DNA of 64,000 nucleotides. Origin: a virus (taxonomy: Duplodnaviria > Heunggongvirae > Uroviricota > Caudoviricetes). Below, piece by piece: positions 18,939 to 27,522 of this stretch; within the stretch, counting starts at the first letter, position 1; each line of letters starts with the position of its first letter. The stretch is from positions 26,919 to 90,918 of IMG/VR virus record IMGVR_UViG_3300032323_001205; one strand, given 5' to 3'. Both the position numbers and the translations under genes were made by a program. The notes under the pieces are model-generated. The model did no database searches, was not told the origin of the DNA, and saw nothing but the letters and a program-made list of their open reading frames with translations.

Positions 18939-19979
18939 TCATTTTTTGGGGAACGGCCATGCACTATCCTGTGCTGTAAAGACTGTTCCCGGGGGAGGAC
19001 TTACTTTGCCGTCACTATGTCGAGTCCAACCAGCTGGAGTGCTCACATACTGATAGCGAGGATCATATCCCCAATCCGCATCATCCTGACCCTTTTCGTA
19101 ACCTTCTTCGTAGTTTTTGTTCTGCAGGCTAGCTTGTCCTCGGTTACCAGGGGTGTATTCATTACCTTCATAACCATCAGTGTAGCCACGATAGAATTCC
19201 GTAGAACCAGTCTTTGGCTCAGTCTTCACACTGTTAGCATTATGTTGTACAGGCTTGTCAAACTCAACCTTATCGTCGGGGTTTGCACCCACTTCGCCGA
19301 TAACTTCATAACGACATGCACGACCCTTAGCGTTGTTGTAATCTGTTGGGATAGAAACAACATCACGTGGATTGATTTTAACAATCACAACACGACTATC
19401 ACTGCCACCAAAGTGAGGAAGATATTCTTGGCTACAGAAGTGCAGACCAGTACTGCAAGTTTGATCCTTGTTGTCGTCAACTTCGTTGCGTTCCATTTCA
19501 ACAATTTTACCAACACTGTTATCCATCTTGCCTGTATGACAGTCAAAATAGTTTTGACGTACTTTCTTGTAAGCCAAAAAATGACCATCAGGAGTAATTG
19601 GCAAACTGTTCTTTTCCAAGAAGCCATACAGTTCATCAACTGCACGTTTGCTTGGGTTAGTCATCAAGTTCTCCATGAATGCAACAAGAGGCTCGATAGG
19701 GAAACCATCTTGCAACATTGCAATCATTCGGTTACTCAATGCATTGTGCATCTCCTTACCCTTCCAGAACAACTTTTCGCCCTGGACACTCACGTTGCCT
19801 TGACCGTAATTCAAAACGACCTTAACAGGCTCAATGATATTCTTAACCAAGTCCCAATCACTAGCCTTGATAGCTTCCAACACTTTGTTATAAGTGATGT
19901 GTGATTTACTAATTGTGTGAGGCTTGTTGCCAATCACTACAGTAATGTTACTGCCCTGAACGATATACGGATAACTCAT
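18939..19979 (-). CDS. rIIB: rIIB protein
   Basis: Strong collinear similarity to T4 rIIB (ENLMTNPSKRAVDELYGFL, YFDCHTGKMDNSVGKIV, DQTCSTGLHFCS, FGGSDSRVVIVKINPRDVVSIPTDYNNAKGRACRYEV). The track start at 20003 is TTG. The ATG at 19979 has an AAGGTG Shine-Dalgarno and abuts the rIIA stop. There is a ~100-aa G/Y/E-rich C-terminal extension relative to T4. Confidence 0.85.
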   Translation of the reverse strand: MSYPYIVQGSNITVVIGNKPHTISKSHITYNKVLEAIKASDWDLVKNIIEPVKVVLNYGQGNVSVQGEKLFWKGKEMHNALSNRMIAMLQDGFPIEPLVAFMENLMTNPSKRAVDELYGFLEKNSLPITPDGHFLAYKKVRQNYFDCHTGKMDNSVGKIVEMERNEVDDNKDQTCSTGLHFCSQEYLPHFGGSDSRVVIVKINPRDVVSIPTDYNNAKGRACRYEVIGEVGANPDDKVEFDKPVQHNANSVKTEPKTGSTEFYRGYTDGYEGNEYTPGNRGQASLQNKNYEEGYEKGQDDADWGYDPRYQYVSTPAGWTRHSDGKVSPPPGTVFTAQDSAWPFPKK

Positions 19980-19980
19980 T

Positions 19981-22143
19981 TTAAACACCTTTTGAAGAAT
20001 CAATCAAATTAATATACTCGGCAACATACATGCCGTGTGCGCTGTGTTTGCTGATGCTCTTAATCAACGGGTAACGTTGAAAAATTGCTTCAACCTCTTT
20101 GTTGTATTTGTCAATCAATGTAGCAGGGTCAACTGTTGTTGCTGTTACTACTTTGTACTGACGACACAACCATTCCAAACTCATTCTAACCTTATGGTCA
20201 CTTTCTTTCACATCCTTGAATGTGTTGAACAATGTCAAGTAAGGGCTGTGAGGATTTGTCACATGCTTAGTAGCATTATACTGATAAATCTCTTTCCAGT
20301 CAATACTTTGTTTGACCAAACCCATCACATCATTTTGACCCAACTTAGACAATTTCTCAGTCACAAATGTATCCAGATTGATCCAGTTCTTTTGTGTCTT
20401 GACCCAATCCAAATCACTTTTACGAACACCGTAAATTTCATTAGTGAAAATGTAACTATCACGCAAGTGTTGTTCCAAACTCTTGATATTTTCAACAGTA
20501 CCAAGGTTCTTGTAACCACTTAGTGGCAAGTAGTAATACGTTTCAGTAGCATCAAAACTGTTTGCTTTGCCACCATCACGCCATACCATATCAGCACGAT
20601 TGCGCCAACCACGACTACGACCTTCTTCCAATCGCATGATAGTAACATTCGCACCCATGCCGCCCTTACGATCCTTCTCAAGCAATTCACTTGCTTTGGC
20701 GATGCGATTAGTGGGAGGCATCATCAATTCAGCCAAGAAAGCAACCTTCTCAACCATCTTAGATTTATCAGCAGGCTCAATCACATACACATTTGATGTG
20801 TGTGTATCTGTCTTGATATTCTTCCAGTGATGTTTAGCACGTTCCAACGCACCAACCTTAGTGTCGTTGAACACAAAGTATGTTTCGTTACCTACACGGA
20901 TATCCCATTCTTCAAACAACACCTCAGTGTTATTTACAGTCTTGCGAGACTTAGTTGGCTTGTTATTAGAACAAGCCGCATAACTATTGGTCTTAGTAAA
21001 ACTACGAATTACAATGTTATACTTGCTAGCCAAGTCCTTAGTATCAAACTTGAATGTTTTGAATGCGTTCCAACGATTGGTACCTGGATCATACAATTCA
21101 AACTTAGTATCAGCCGCATACTTAATCACCGCACCCTTGAACAAGGTACCTTCGTCATAACGCTTTGCCAAGTAGATAGCACGTTCCCACAAGTTGTCAA
21201 TCTTATCTGCCTCTTGTGCCACGTGAATTGCCAATTGACTATTCAGCGCCATCAATTTGTTTTTGATAGCTTCGATTGTTTGTGGAATATAACTCAGACC
21301 TTCACGGCTTGCTTGAAAGTCAAGTTCACCGATCTTGAATTCCATCACAAGACCGCAACCCAACAAGCCATGCATACCACCAAGCACTTTGTCAGCATTA
21401 GGGATGTCAATAGGATACTTGATATTACCCATGATAGCATAACTGCTACGGGCATAACTATCGTTCGAATAGTGAACACCGGGGATGATGTTTTCTTCTT
21501 TATAATCGGGATCCTTGAATGTAAAATCAGCATTACCTGAAATTACAGGACGCAGTTTGAAATACTCATACACATAGCGAGCCTCGTCACGGAACTTGCC
21601 AAAGTCATACCGATCTGCTACTGCAAAGCGAACCTCAACACCGTTAGGGTCTGTAGTTTCTTCATCCATCATCAATGCGATAGATGGAACGCCTTGCTCA
21701 TTAATGAAGGCAGAGTAGATTCCCTTCTTACCGTTCTGTACCGCGGTAACCGTAAAATTGTCTGTATAAGAGAAGGGTGACTTTGAACCAAGACCAAGCG
21801 CACCGATAAATTCATTGCTTGCGGTCTTAGTGGATTCGAAATATGTAGTGTAGATATTAGTGACTTGGTCATGGCTCAGACCAGTGCCATAGTCACGAAT
21901 CGAAAAATAGGGTTCGATACTGTTAGGCAAGTGAACATCGAAGGGTGTATTTTGTTTGCCTGCCGCAACATGGCTGTCCACAGCATTGCAAGAAAGTTCA
22001 CGGATGATAGCACGAACCTTGTTCGCATACAGACCGGAACTTAGAATGCTAAAAGCCTTAGCACTATTGCGAATACGAAATTCACCAACGTCACTTACGT
22101 TGGAGATGATTGCTTCGTTTTGTGGTGCGTGATTGATAATCAT
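19981..22143 (-). CDS. rIIA: rIIA protein (GHKL-type ATPase N-terminal domain)
   Basis: 720 aa (T4 rIIA is 725). N-terminus aligns with T4 rIIA: KAFSILSSGLYANKVRAIIRELSCNAVDSH (N box), IRDYGTGL (G1), FIGALGLGSKSPFSYTDNF (G2). Confidence 0.9.
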   Translation of the reverse strand: MIINHAPQNEAIISNVSDVGEFRIRNSAKAFSILSSGLYANKVRAIIRELSCNAVDSHVAAGKQNTPFDVHLPNSIEPYFSIRDYGTGLSHDQVTNIYTTYFESTKTASNEFIGALGLGSKSPFSYTDNFTVTAVQNGKKGIYSAFINEQGVPSIALMMDEETTDPNGVEVRFAVADRYDFGKFRDEARYVYEYFKLRPVISGNADFTFKDPDYKEENIIPGVHYSNDSYARSSYAIMGNIKYPIDIPNADKVLGGMHGLLGCGLVMEFKIGELDFQASREGLSYIPQTIEAIKNKLMALNSQLAIHVAQEADKIDNLWERAIYLAKRYDEGTLFKGAVIKYAADTKFELYDPGTNRWNAFKTFKFDTKDLASKYNIVIRSFTKTNSYAACSNNKPTKSRKTVNNTEVLFEEWDIRVGNETYFVFNDTKVGALERAKHHWKNIKTDTHTSNVYVIEPADKSKMVEKVAFLAELMMPPTNRIAKASELLEKDRKGGMGANVTIMRLEEGRSRGWRNRADMVWRDGGKANSFDATETYYYLPLSGYKNLGTVENIKSLEQHLRDSYIFTNEIYGVRKSDLDWVKTQKNWINLDTFVTEKLSKLGQNDVMGLVKQSIDWKEIYQYNATKHVTNPHSPYLTLFNTFKDVKESDHKVRMSLEWLCRQYKVVTATTVDPATLIDKYNKEVEAIFQRYPLIKSISKHSAHGMYVAEYINLIDSSKGV

Positions 22144-22149
22144 AATATA

Positions 22150-22350
22150 TTAAACTGTTTGAGTTTGGATTGCTTCATAGACCATTTCGCGGACTACAGT
22201 ATCAGTTGCTTCCTCGAATCCATTCAATGTAGCGATATCATATAACACATCAACCACTTGGTCCCAATCCAAGTTATTTGCTTTTGCTGTCATAACAACA
22301 CCTTGAATCATTGCATTACCTGCATCCGAGAACATACCAAATCGTGTCAT
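22150..22350 (-). CDS. Small early protein, paralog of 22408..22623
   Basis: 66 aa. Shares ...EATDTVVREMVYEA with its neighbour (...EATDTAVRECVYDA). Own consensus promoter. Confidence 0.5.
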   Translation of the reverse strand: MTRFGMFSDAGNAMIQGVVMTAKANNLDWDQVVDVLYDIATLNGFEEATDTVVREMVYEAIQTQTV

Positions 22351-22382
22351 TTCAAGTCCTTTTCTTTACTATCTAAGATTCT

Positions 22383-22411
22383 ATTATAGCAGAAAGCCCA
22401 TTTATTGTCAA
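22383..22411 (-). promoter_or_regulatory. Sigma70 consensus promoter TTGACA-N17-TATAAT
   Basis: attata 22383-22388, spacer 17, tgtcaa 22406-22411. Confidence 0.7.
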
Positions 22412-22623
22412 ATATAGAAAGGAGTGTCAAAGCCAAGGGCGTCATAGACACACTCACGGACTGCGGTGTCAGTAGCCTCGCCAAAGTCTTCGGGGAAACG
22501 CTCAGCCAAACTTTGGAGTTCAGCAAGAACTTGGGGCCAATCCATTTTGAGTACTTTAGCACTACGCACGATTGCGTCAATTGCATCATCACCAAACTCT
22601 GTGTACATTGCGTATTTGGACAT
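22408..22623 (-). CDS. Small early protein, paralog of 22150..22350
   Basis: 71 aa. See the paralog evidence above. Confidence 0.5.
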   Translation of the reverse strand: MSKYAMYTEFGDDAIDAIVRSAKVLKMDWPQVLAELQSLAERFPEDFGEATDTAVRECVYDALGFDTPFYI

Positions 22624-22655
22624 TTTGTTTCCTTTACTTGACTGTCTAAGATTCT

Positions 22656-22684
22656 ATTATAGCAGAAAGCCCATTTATTGTCAA
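22656..22684 (-). promoter_or_regulatory. Sigma70 consensus promoter TTGACA-N17-TATAAT
   Basis: attata 22656-22661, spacer 17, tgtcaa 22679-22684. Confidence 0.7.
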
Positions 22685-22686
22685 AT

Positions 22687-22911
22687 TTAGGCGAACAAGT
22701 CGCCGTACATTTCTTCTTCCACAGCATCAAAATCATTGCGGATCCATTCGATAGAATAACCCTTAGATGCATACTCGTCGGCTAACACCTGCAATTCACG
22801 CAGGGCTTGCACAGCAGTCAGTCCATCATTTGCCATGAGGCTCAGATTGCTACAGTACATGAAATTGTTGCTGTCTTTGCGGGCACTAACTTGAACAAAT
22901 TGCTTAGTCAT
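22687..22911 (-). CDS. Small early acidic protein
   Basis: 74 aa with its own promoter. Confidence 0.45.
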   Translation of the reverse strand: MTKQFVQVSARKDSNNFMYCSNLSLMANDGLTAVQALRELQVLADEYASKGYSIEWIRNDFDAVEEEMYGDLFA

Positions 22912-22943
22912 TTCGAGTCCTTTAGTTAACTGTCTATGTATGT

Positions 22944-22972
22944 ATTATATACCCAAAACGATTTATTGTCAA
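22944..22972 (-). promoter_or_regulatory. Sigma70 consensus promoter TTGACA-N17-TATAAT
   Basis: attata 22944-22949, spacer 17, tgtcaa 22967-22972. Confidence 0.7.
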
Positions 22973-22985
22973 ATTTTGGAAACCG

Positions 22986-23008
22986 TAAAAAAGCCCCAAA
23001 CTCGGGGC
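22986..23008 (-). terminator. Intrinsic terminator downstream of clpP
   Basis: Minus strand reads GCCCCGAGTTTGGGGC followed by TTTTTT. Confidence 0.6.
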
Positions 23009-23022
23009 AAAAAGTAGTACTT

Positions 23023-23613
23023 TTATAGTCGTTTATCAATGATTTTGTCAATCAAGCCATACTCTAGTGCTTGCTGTGCTGACATAAAATTATCACGTTC
23101 CATATCATTGGTTAATTGTTCAAACGTTTTCCCGGCACTATTATGCTTAACATAAATTTCAGTAAGATTCTTTTTCATAGCAAGAATTTCTTCTACTTGA
23201 ATCAACATATCAGTTGCCTGACCTCGGGCACCGCCACTTGGCTGGTGAATCATGTGTCGTGCGTTTGGCAGCATAAAACGTTTACTAGTAGCACCTGCTT
23301 GAGCAAGCAAACTACCCATGCTACAGGCTTGACCCATTACAATTGTATTAATGTCGGGCTTGATAAACTGCATAGTGTCATAGATTGCCATACCAGCAGT
23401 AACACTACCACCGGGGCTATTGATATACATACTGATATCTTTTCCACTGTCCTCACTCTCTAGGAATAGTAGTTGTGCAACAATCAAATTTGCCATTTGG
23501 TCATGTACTTCTCCCTCAAGCAAAATGACCCGGTCACGTAATAACCGACTATAAATATCATAACTCCGTTCACCCTTACTTGTGTGTTCGATGACGATTG
23601 GGACTAGACTCAT
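23023..23613 (-). CDS. clpP: ATP-dependent Clp protease proteolytic subunit ClpP (canonical cellular type)
   Basis: 196 aa. Catalytic-triad context [10 protein letters not shown] (Ser), MIHQPSGG (His), plus the [19 protein letters not shown] box. Confidence 0.9.
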   Translation of the reverse strand: MSLVPIVIEHTSKGERSYDIYSRLLRDRVILLEGEVHDQMANLIVAQLLFLESEDSGKDISMYINSPGGSVTAGMAIYDTMQFIKPDINTIVMGQACSMGSLLAQAGATSKRFMLPNARHMIHQPSGGARGQATDMLIQVEEILAMKKNLTEIYVKHNSAGKTFEQLTNDMERDNFMSAQQALEYGLIDKIIDKRL

Positions 23614-23695
23614 AAGTTTCCTTTTTAAAAAATTTGCGATAAATACTGAATCGGTGCTATAATTAGCACTTCATCAACTTTTTGAGATATTATAT

Positions 23696-24799
23696 ATGAG
23701 ATACAACGAATTTGCAATAACTTTGGCTGAACGTGCTGCCCAACCAATAGCCGGTAAAGTTGATATTCAACCCCAATCTGTGACTAAGGGCCAAGTCGAA
23801 CAGGTGCTCCGTAAGAATGGTTATGAGGATTTGAAACCAAACGGAAACAAAATTAACGTATTGGTTCAAATTCCAGCTGGACAAAAGAAAAATGAGTTCC
23901 GTGCCGCTATTCTCAATGAAATTCTAGCGGTCTTAAAACAACAAATGCCAGAAGCTGACCCAGAATATAGTGCTGATCCAGGTATCAGTAGTTTGGGCGG
24001 CGTTGTATTCAGTAATAGCCCGGTAACAGTTGTGGTTAAAGACACTGGCAAACAAGGTGATAATAGTGCTGGTGTTGCTAACGAATTAGAATTGGCTAGT
24101 TTGTTACAGTCATTGATTCAGAAATATGGTTCAGCCAATGTTACATTTGTTGATCCGCGCGGTAAGAAAATGACTATTCGTAATTGTACAAACGTTGAAG
24201 TTGCTGGTCGTGACACAAGTGACCGCAAGAAAGCAGACGTTGTACTAACCAGTGGTCGTGGTTCGTTGCCAATCAGTATTAAGAAACTTGATGCTGACAT
24301 GTGGGAAAGTGCTGATAACTTGTTTGGTGAACGTGCCCGTGCTGTTTTAGATAAACTAATTAAAAACGGTGTTGTAGAATTGAATCAGATTGGTGAACGC
24401 AAAATGAAAACAGGTACTGTTCCTGTATATGCACTAAGCAAAGAGATTGTTATGGAACCAACTGAATCAGAGGCGTTAAGTGCTGTATTTGGCAATGACT
24501 TGAACCCTAAGGGAGGAGTCGTTGTTCAAACGTTTAAGCCTGAGCATTTCAAGCAAGTTGATAATAACGTAACAGTCGAATGTCACGCAGTTATTACTAA
24601 TGCCGCAGAGATTCCAGAAAGTCATATGATGGTTTGGTTACTACGCAATGACAGTACACGCAATGGTGGCTCATTAGGTATTGCTGGTATTCGCCCACTG
24701 GGTGTCACATTAACACGCGGTATTGGTAAAAAGGGTAACAAGGATGTTATTCTTGTTGACCAATTTGGTAATGTTGTCAATAATCCTAATCTTGGCTAA
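23696..24799 (+). CDS. Predicted capsid-targeted internal protein (CTS-like N-terminus MRYNEFAITLAE)
   Basis: 367 aa. N-terminus matches the MR-x-NEF-I/V-x-E family shared with the 51347-57046 genes. No catalytic motif recognised. A possible TTGCGA-N18-TATAAT promoter lies at 23634-23663. Confidence 0.5.
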   Translation: MRYNEFAITLAERAAQPIAGKVDIQPQSVTKGQVEQVLRKNGYEDLKPNGNKINVLVQIPAGQKKNEFRAAILNEILAVLKQQMPEADPEYSADPGISSLGGVVFSNSPVTVVVKDTGKQGDNSAGVANELELASLLQSLIQKYGSANVTFVDPRGKKMTIRNCTNVEVAGRDTSDRKKADVVLTSGRGSLPISIKKLDADMWESADNLFGERARAVLDKLIKNGVVELNQIGERKMKTGTVPVYALSKEIVMEPTESEALSAVFGNDLNPKGGVVVQTFKPEHFKQVDNNVTVECHAVITNAAEIPESHMMVWLLRNDSTRNGGSLGIAGIRPLGVTLTRGIGKKGNKDVILVDQFGNVVNNPNLG

Positions 24800-25291
24800 T
24801 TAGCATTTAAAAACGTCTTGTGTTTTAAACCACTTACGCATTCTCTGCCATTTTTTTAAAGGAACGCCGTTTCTTGCTAGTTTTTCTCTGAATATAAAAA
24901 AGCTAGGACCATGACTCATAATAGGGTCTTTTCCTAGCTTTATTCTTTTCTCACCTTCAATATCCCATTGATACTGATGGCACATTTCATGCGCTAGTAC
25001 TATTATCAGCCATTGACGACAGTACCATTTGTCCATTAATCGTATCTTGCAATTTGATTTACGGCTTGTGGGCCTGACAAATGACCCAAAACATAAGCCC
25101 CAATAATCTCTACAACGAGGAACCACTTCCAGTTCCGGAGTAGCTAACTTGTTGTTGAATATTGTTTTGTTAATTAACTTGTACAGTTCGGCAACTTCTT
25201 TCGGAGTGGTTCTGTACACAAGCCGCTTTTGCTTACTAATGCTAGGGAGATCCTCTAACATCAATTCGTGTAAAGACTTGTTTTTAAACAT
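24800..25291 (-). CDS. SprT-like zinc metallopeptidase
   Basis: 163 aa. HExxH in VLAHEMCHQYQWD. Confidence 0.5.
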   Translation of the reverse strand: MFKNKSLHELMLEDLPSISKQKRLVYRTTPKEVAELYKLINKTIFNNKLATPELEVVPRCRDYWGLCFGSFVRPTSRKSNCKIRLMDKWYCRQWLIIVLAHEMCHQYQWDIEGEKRIKLGKDPIMSHGPSFFIFREKLARNGVPLKKWQRMRKWFKTQDVFKC

Positions 25292-25344
25292 GTAGTATTT
25301 ATATCTTTGGAAAAAAAGTTTAATGTATTATTCCGATTAAATAT

Positions 25345-25692
25345 ATGTTTAGGAGAAATCAAATGGAAATTATTATAGCAGTTTTAGTACTTGGCGTTGC
25401 ACTTTGGTGGTTCTTTGTCCGTGAAGACAAGAAAACAGAAGATGTTGCACCTTACAAGATAGAAACACCGCCAGTTCAACTAGGTAGCCCTATTGCTGAC
25501 AGAGTAGAAACATCTGCCCCGGTTGCAACTGAAACTCCGGTTGAGGCACCAGCTAAAGCCCCAGTAAAAGCTAAGGCTCCGGCAAAAGCTAAAGCCCCAG
25601 TAAAAGTCAAAGCACCAACAAAAGCTAAGACTCCAGCTAAAACTAGAGCACCGGCAAAGCCTAGAGCAACAAAGACTAAACCCCAAACCTGA
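25345..25692 (+). CDS. Membrane-anchored Ala/Lys/Pro-repeat (histone H1/AlgP-like) protein
   Basis: 115 aa. TM IIIAVLVLGVALWWFFV, then PAKAPVKAKAPAKAKAPVKVKAPTKAKTPAK repeats. Confidence 0.5.
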   Translation: MFRRNQMEIIIAVLVLGVALWWFFVREDKKTEDVAPYKIETPPVQLGSPIADRVETSAPVATETPVEAPAKAPVKAKAPAKAKAPVKVKAPTKAKTPAKTRAPAKPRATKTKPQT

Positions 25693-26396
25693 TGAAAATA
25701 GGGTTTGATGTATTAAGTGATTTAAATCTAACCCCTGATGAAAATTTTAACTGGGAAAACAAAGCAACTAGCTTGTACTGTATAATCGCAGGAAATATCA
25801 GTGATGATTTGCGAACTATACATCAAACGCTTATGCACCTGTCAAGATTTTATCAGGGAATATTTTATATTCCGGGCTCGTTAGAGCTAAAGGATATTGA
25901 TCGTATTCCTGATAGGTTAGATGACCTTCACAAAATTTGTTCTTCGGTGAAGACAGTTGCATTATTACACAATCATGTTGTGGTAGTAGATGGTACTGCA
26001 ATTATGGGTGCCACATGCTGGTACGGTAATACCGCTGAACAAGATGCATTCACTGAATTAAAAAAAGATACTTATAGATATGAAGACATATCCTATATGA
26101 GTATGACTTTAGAAAGATTGCAATTACATTTAGATGTAAAAAAGATTATAATCGTTACTCACGCTGTACCTAGCGAGGAGTTATTTTTTGGAGAACTTCC
26201 AAACAATATTAAAGACCAAATGTCGGCTTCTGGAATATTAACTAGAGACAGTGAGCAGAAAGTGACTCACTGGGTTTACGGAAGCTATAATAAAACAGTT
26301 GATACTACCATAGATAATATCAACTATATTAACAATTCATATTATAAAAGAAAGCCCTATTGGGCTAAACGAATTGATATAGATTTAAGCCTCTGA
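25692..26396 (+). CDS. Degenerate metallophosphoesterase-like protein
   Basis: 234 aa. Ordered MPE-like blocks (FDVLSDLNL, IIAGNISDD, IPGSLE, IIVTHAVP) with non-canonical residues. Confidence 0.4.
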   Translation: MKIGFDVLSDLNLTPDENFNWENKATSLYCIIAGNISDDLRTIHQTLMHLSRFYQGIFYIPGSLELKDIDRIPDRLDDLHKICSSVKTVALLHNHVVVVDGTAIMGATCWYGNTAEQDAFTELKKDTYRYEDISYMSMTLERLQLHLDVKKIIIVTHAVPSEELFFGELPNNIKDQMSASGILTRDSEQKVTHWVYGSYNKTVDTTIDNINYINNSYYKRKPYWAKRIDIDLSL

Positions 26397-26690
26397 TTCT
26401 ACCTTAACCTGCAAAGGATATCCTTGACTACGTGCAGACACAGTTACTTCGATTCCCTTTTGTTCTGCAATCTCATAAGGTAAAACTGCTACTACGGCAC
26501 TACCTTGGTCATGAATATTATGTGTAATATTAGTAGCGGTGTCTTCTGTGTATTGAAAATACTCAATTAAGCTATTTACTACAAATTCCATGCTAGTAAC
26601 GTCATCATTCATATAGATGATTTTAAACATAGGAGGTTCTGCGAGTGCAAGATTTGGTTTGATTTTAATTTTAGTATCAGCTTTAGACAT
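26385..26690 (-). CDS. clpS: Clp protease adaptor ClpS
   Basis: 101 aa. Collinear with E. coli ClpS core (PPMFKIIYMNDDVTSMEFVVNSL...ATNITHNIHDQGSAVVAV versus [24 protein letters not shown]...ATQLMLAVHYQGKAICGV). Confidence 0.85.
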   Translation of the reverse strand: MSKADTKIKIKPNLALAEPPMFKIIYMNDDVTSMEFVVNSLIEYFQYTEDTATNITHNIHDQGSAVVAVLPYEIAEQKGIEVTVSARSQGYPLQVKVESEA

Positions 26691-26752
26691 AATTTTTCTT
26701 TAGTAATGTGTGCGAGTTCCCCCGCACACTTATTTATTGAACTTCTATTATA

Positions 26753-27196
26753 TTACTTAGTGTAAGTAATAGCAATAGTCTTGGGTTTTTGTTCTTCAGG
26801 GACTTTACGCTCTAAAGAAATTGTCAAAATCCCATTCTCAGACTTGGCTCCTGCAACTTCAACATGATCAGCTAGTGTCCATGTGCGTGAGAAACTACGT
26901 GCAGAGATACCACGATGTAGATATTCAACTTGGTTATCTAAATCAACAGATTGTTCGCCCTTAACTGTAAGTTGATTACGCTCAACTTGAATGTTAATTT
27001 CACCATCTTTAAAGCCAGCAACAGCTAACTCAATAGCAAAATTGTCATCACCGTGTTTGACAATGTTGTATGGGGGATAGTTTGTATTAGCTTGGGATGT
27101 TCGTAGTAGTTCGTCAAACATGTTGTCGAAACCTACTGCAAATTTGTGAATAGACGGAATGTCTAAGGAACGAAGGGTTAGTGTGTTGTTTGTCAT
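26753..27196 (-). CDS. Small heat-shock protein (Hsp20/alpha-crystallin)
   Basis: The ATG at 27196 has an AAAGGAGA Shine-Dalgarno (the track start at 27256 is GTG). The alpha-crystallin domain runs from NYPPYNIVKHGDDNFAIELAVAGFKDGEINIQVERNQLTVKG to TISLERK. Confidence 0.85.
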   Translation of the reverse strand: MTNNTLTLRSLDIPSIHKFAVGFDNMFDELLRTSQANTNYPPYNIVKHGDDNFAIELAVAGFKDGEINIQVERNQLTVKGEQSVDLDNQVEYLHRGISARSFSRTWTLADHVEVAGAKSENGILTISLERKVPEEQKPKTIAITYTK

Positions 27197-27303
27197 TTTT
27201 TTTCTCCTTTTAAGCAAGATGACATATTTCAGACCCGACCATCGGCATCTGAACACGTATTTATTACAGTAAAAATACGCAAAAAAATCTATTATTTTGT
27301 AAT

Positions 27304-27522
27304 TTAAAAGTTTTTCTTTGGAAGACTTTGGTCACGCAAATATTTTTGCCATCTACGTTTAGCCTGGCTTTTTGCCACCTTACGCCTTACCGTCGGTTTA
27401 ATAAACTCTTGCCGGTCACGGACTTCCTGAAGCAAGCCTACGTCATTGATTAATTTCTTAAACTTGCGTAGTGCTTTCTCAGTGTTACCGTCTACAACAA
27501 TTATTTTTCTTCCTCGTATCAT
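27304..27522 (-). CDS. rpsU: 30S ribosomal protein S21
   Basis: 72 aa. [32 protein letters not shown] aligns with E. coli S21 [32 protein letters not shown]. Confidence 0.85.
   Translation of the reverse strand: MIRGRKIIVVDGNTEKALRKFKKLINDVGLLQEVRDRQEFIKPTVRRKVAKSQAKRRWQKYLRDQSLPKKNF

Noticed and set aside
18894-19904. 336-aa plus-strand ORF overlapping rIIB, and ORFs 20035..21540 overlapping rIIA
   Set aside because: They are antisense to genes with unambiguous T4 homology. There is no SD and the composition is hydrophobic.
22347-22772. 141-aa minus-strand ORF containing FDNKWAFCYNRILDS twice
   Set aside because: The repeated peptide is the literal translation of the TTGACAATAAATGGGCTTTCTGCTATAATAGAATC promoter repeat. 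The ORF runs through two promoters and overlaps the real small gene 22408..22623.
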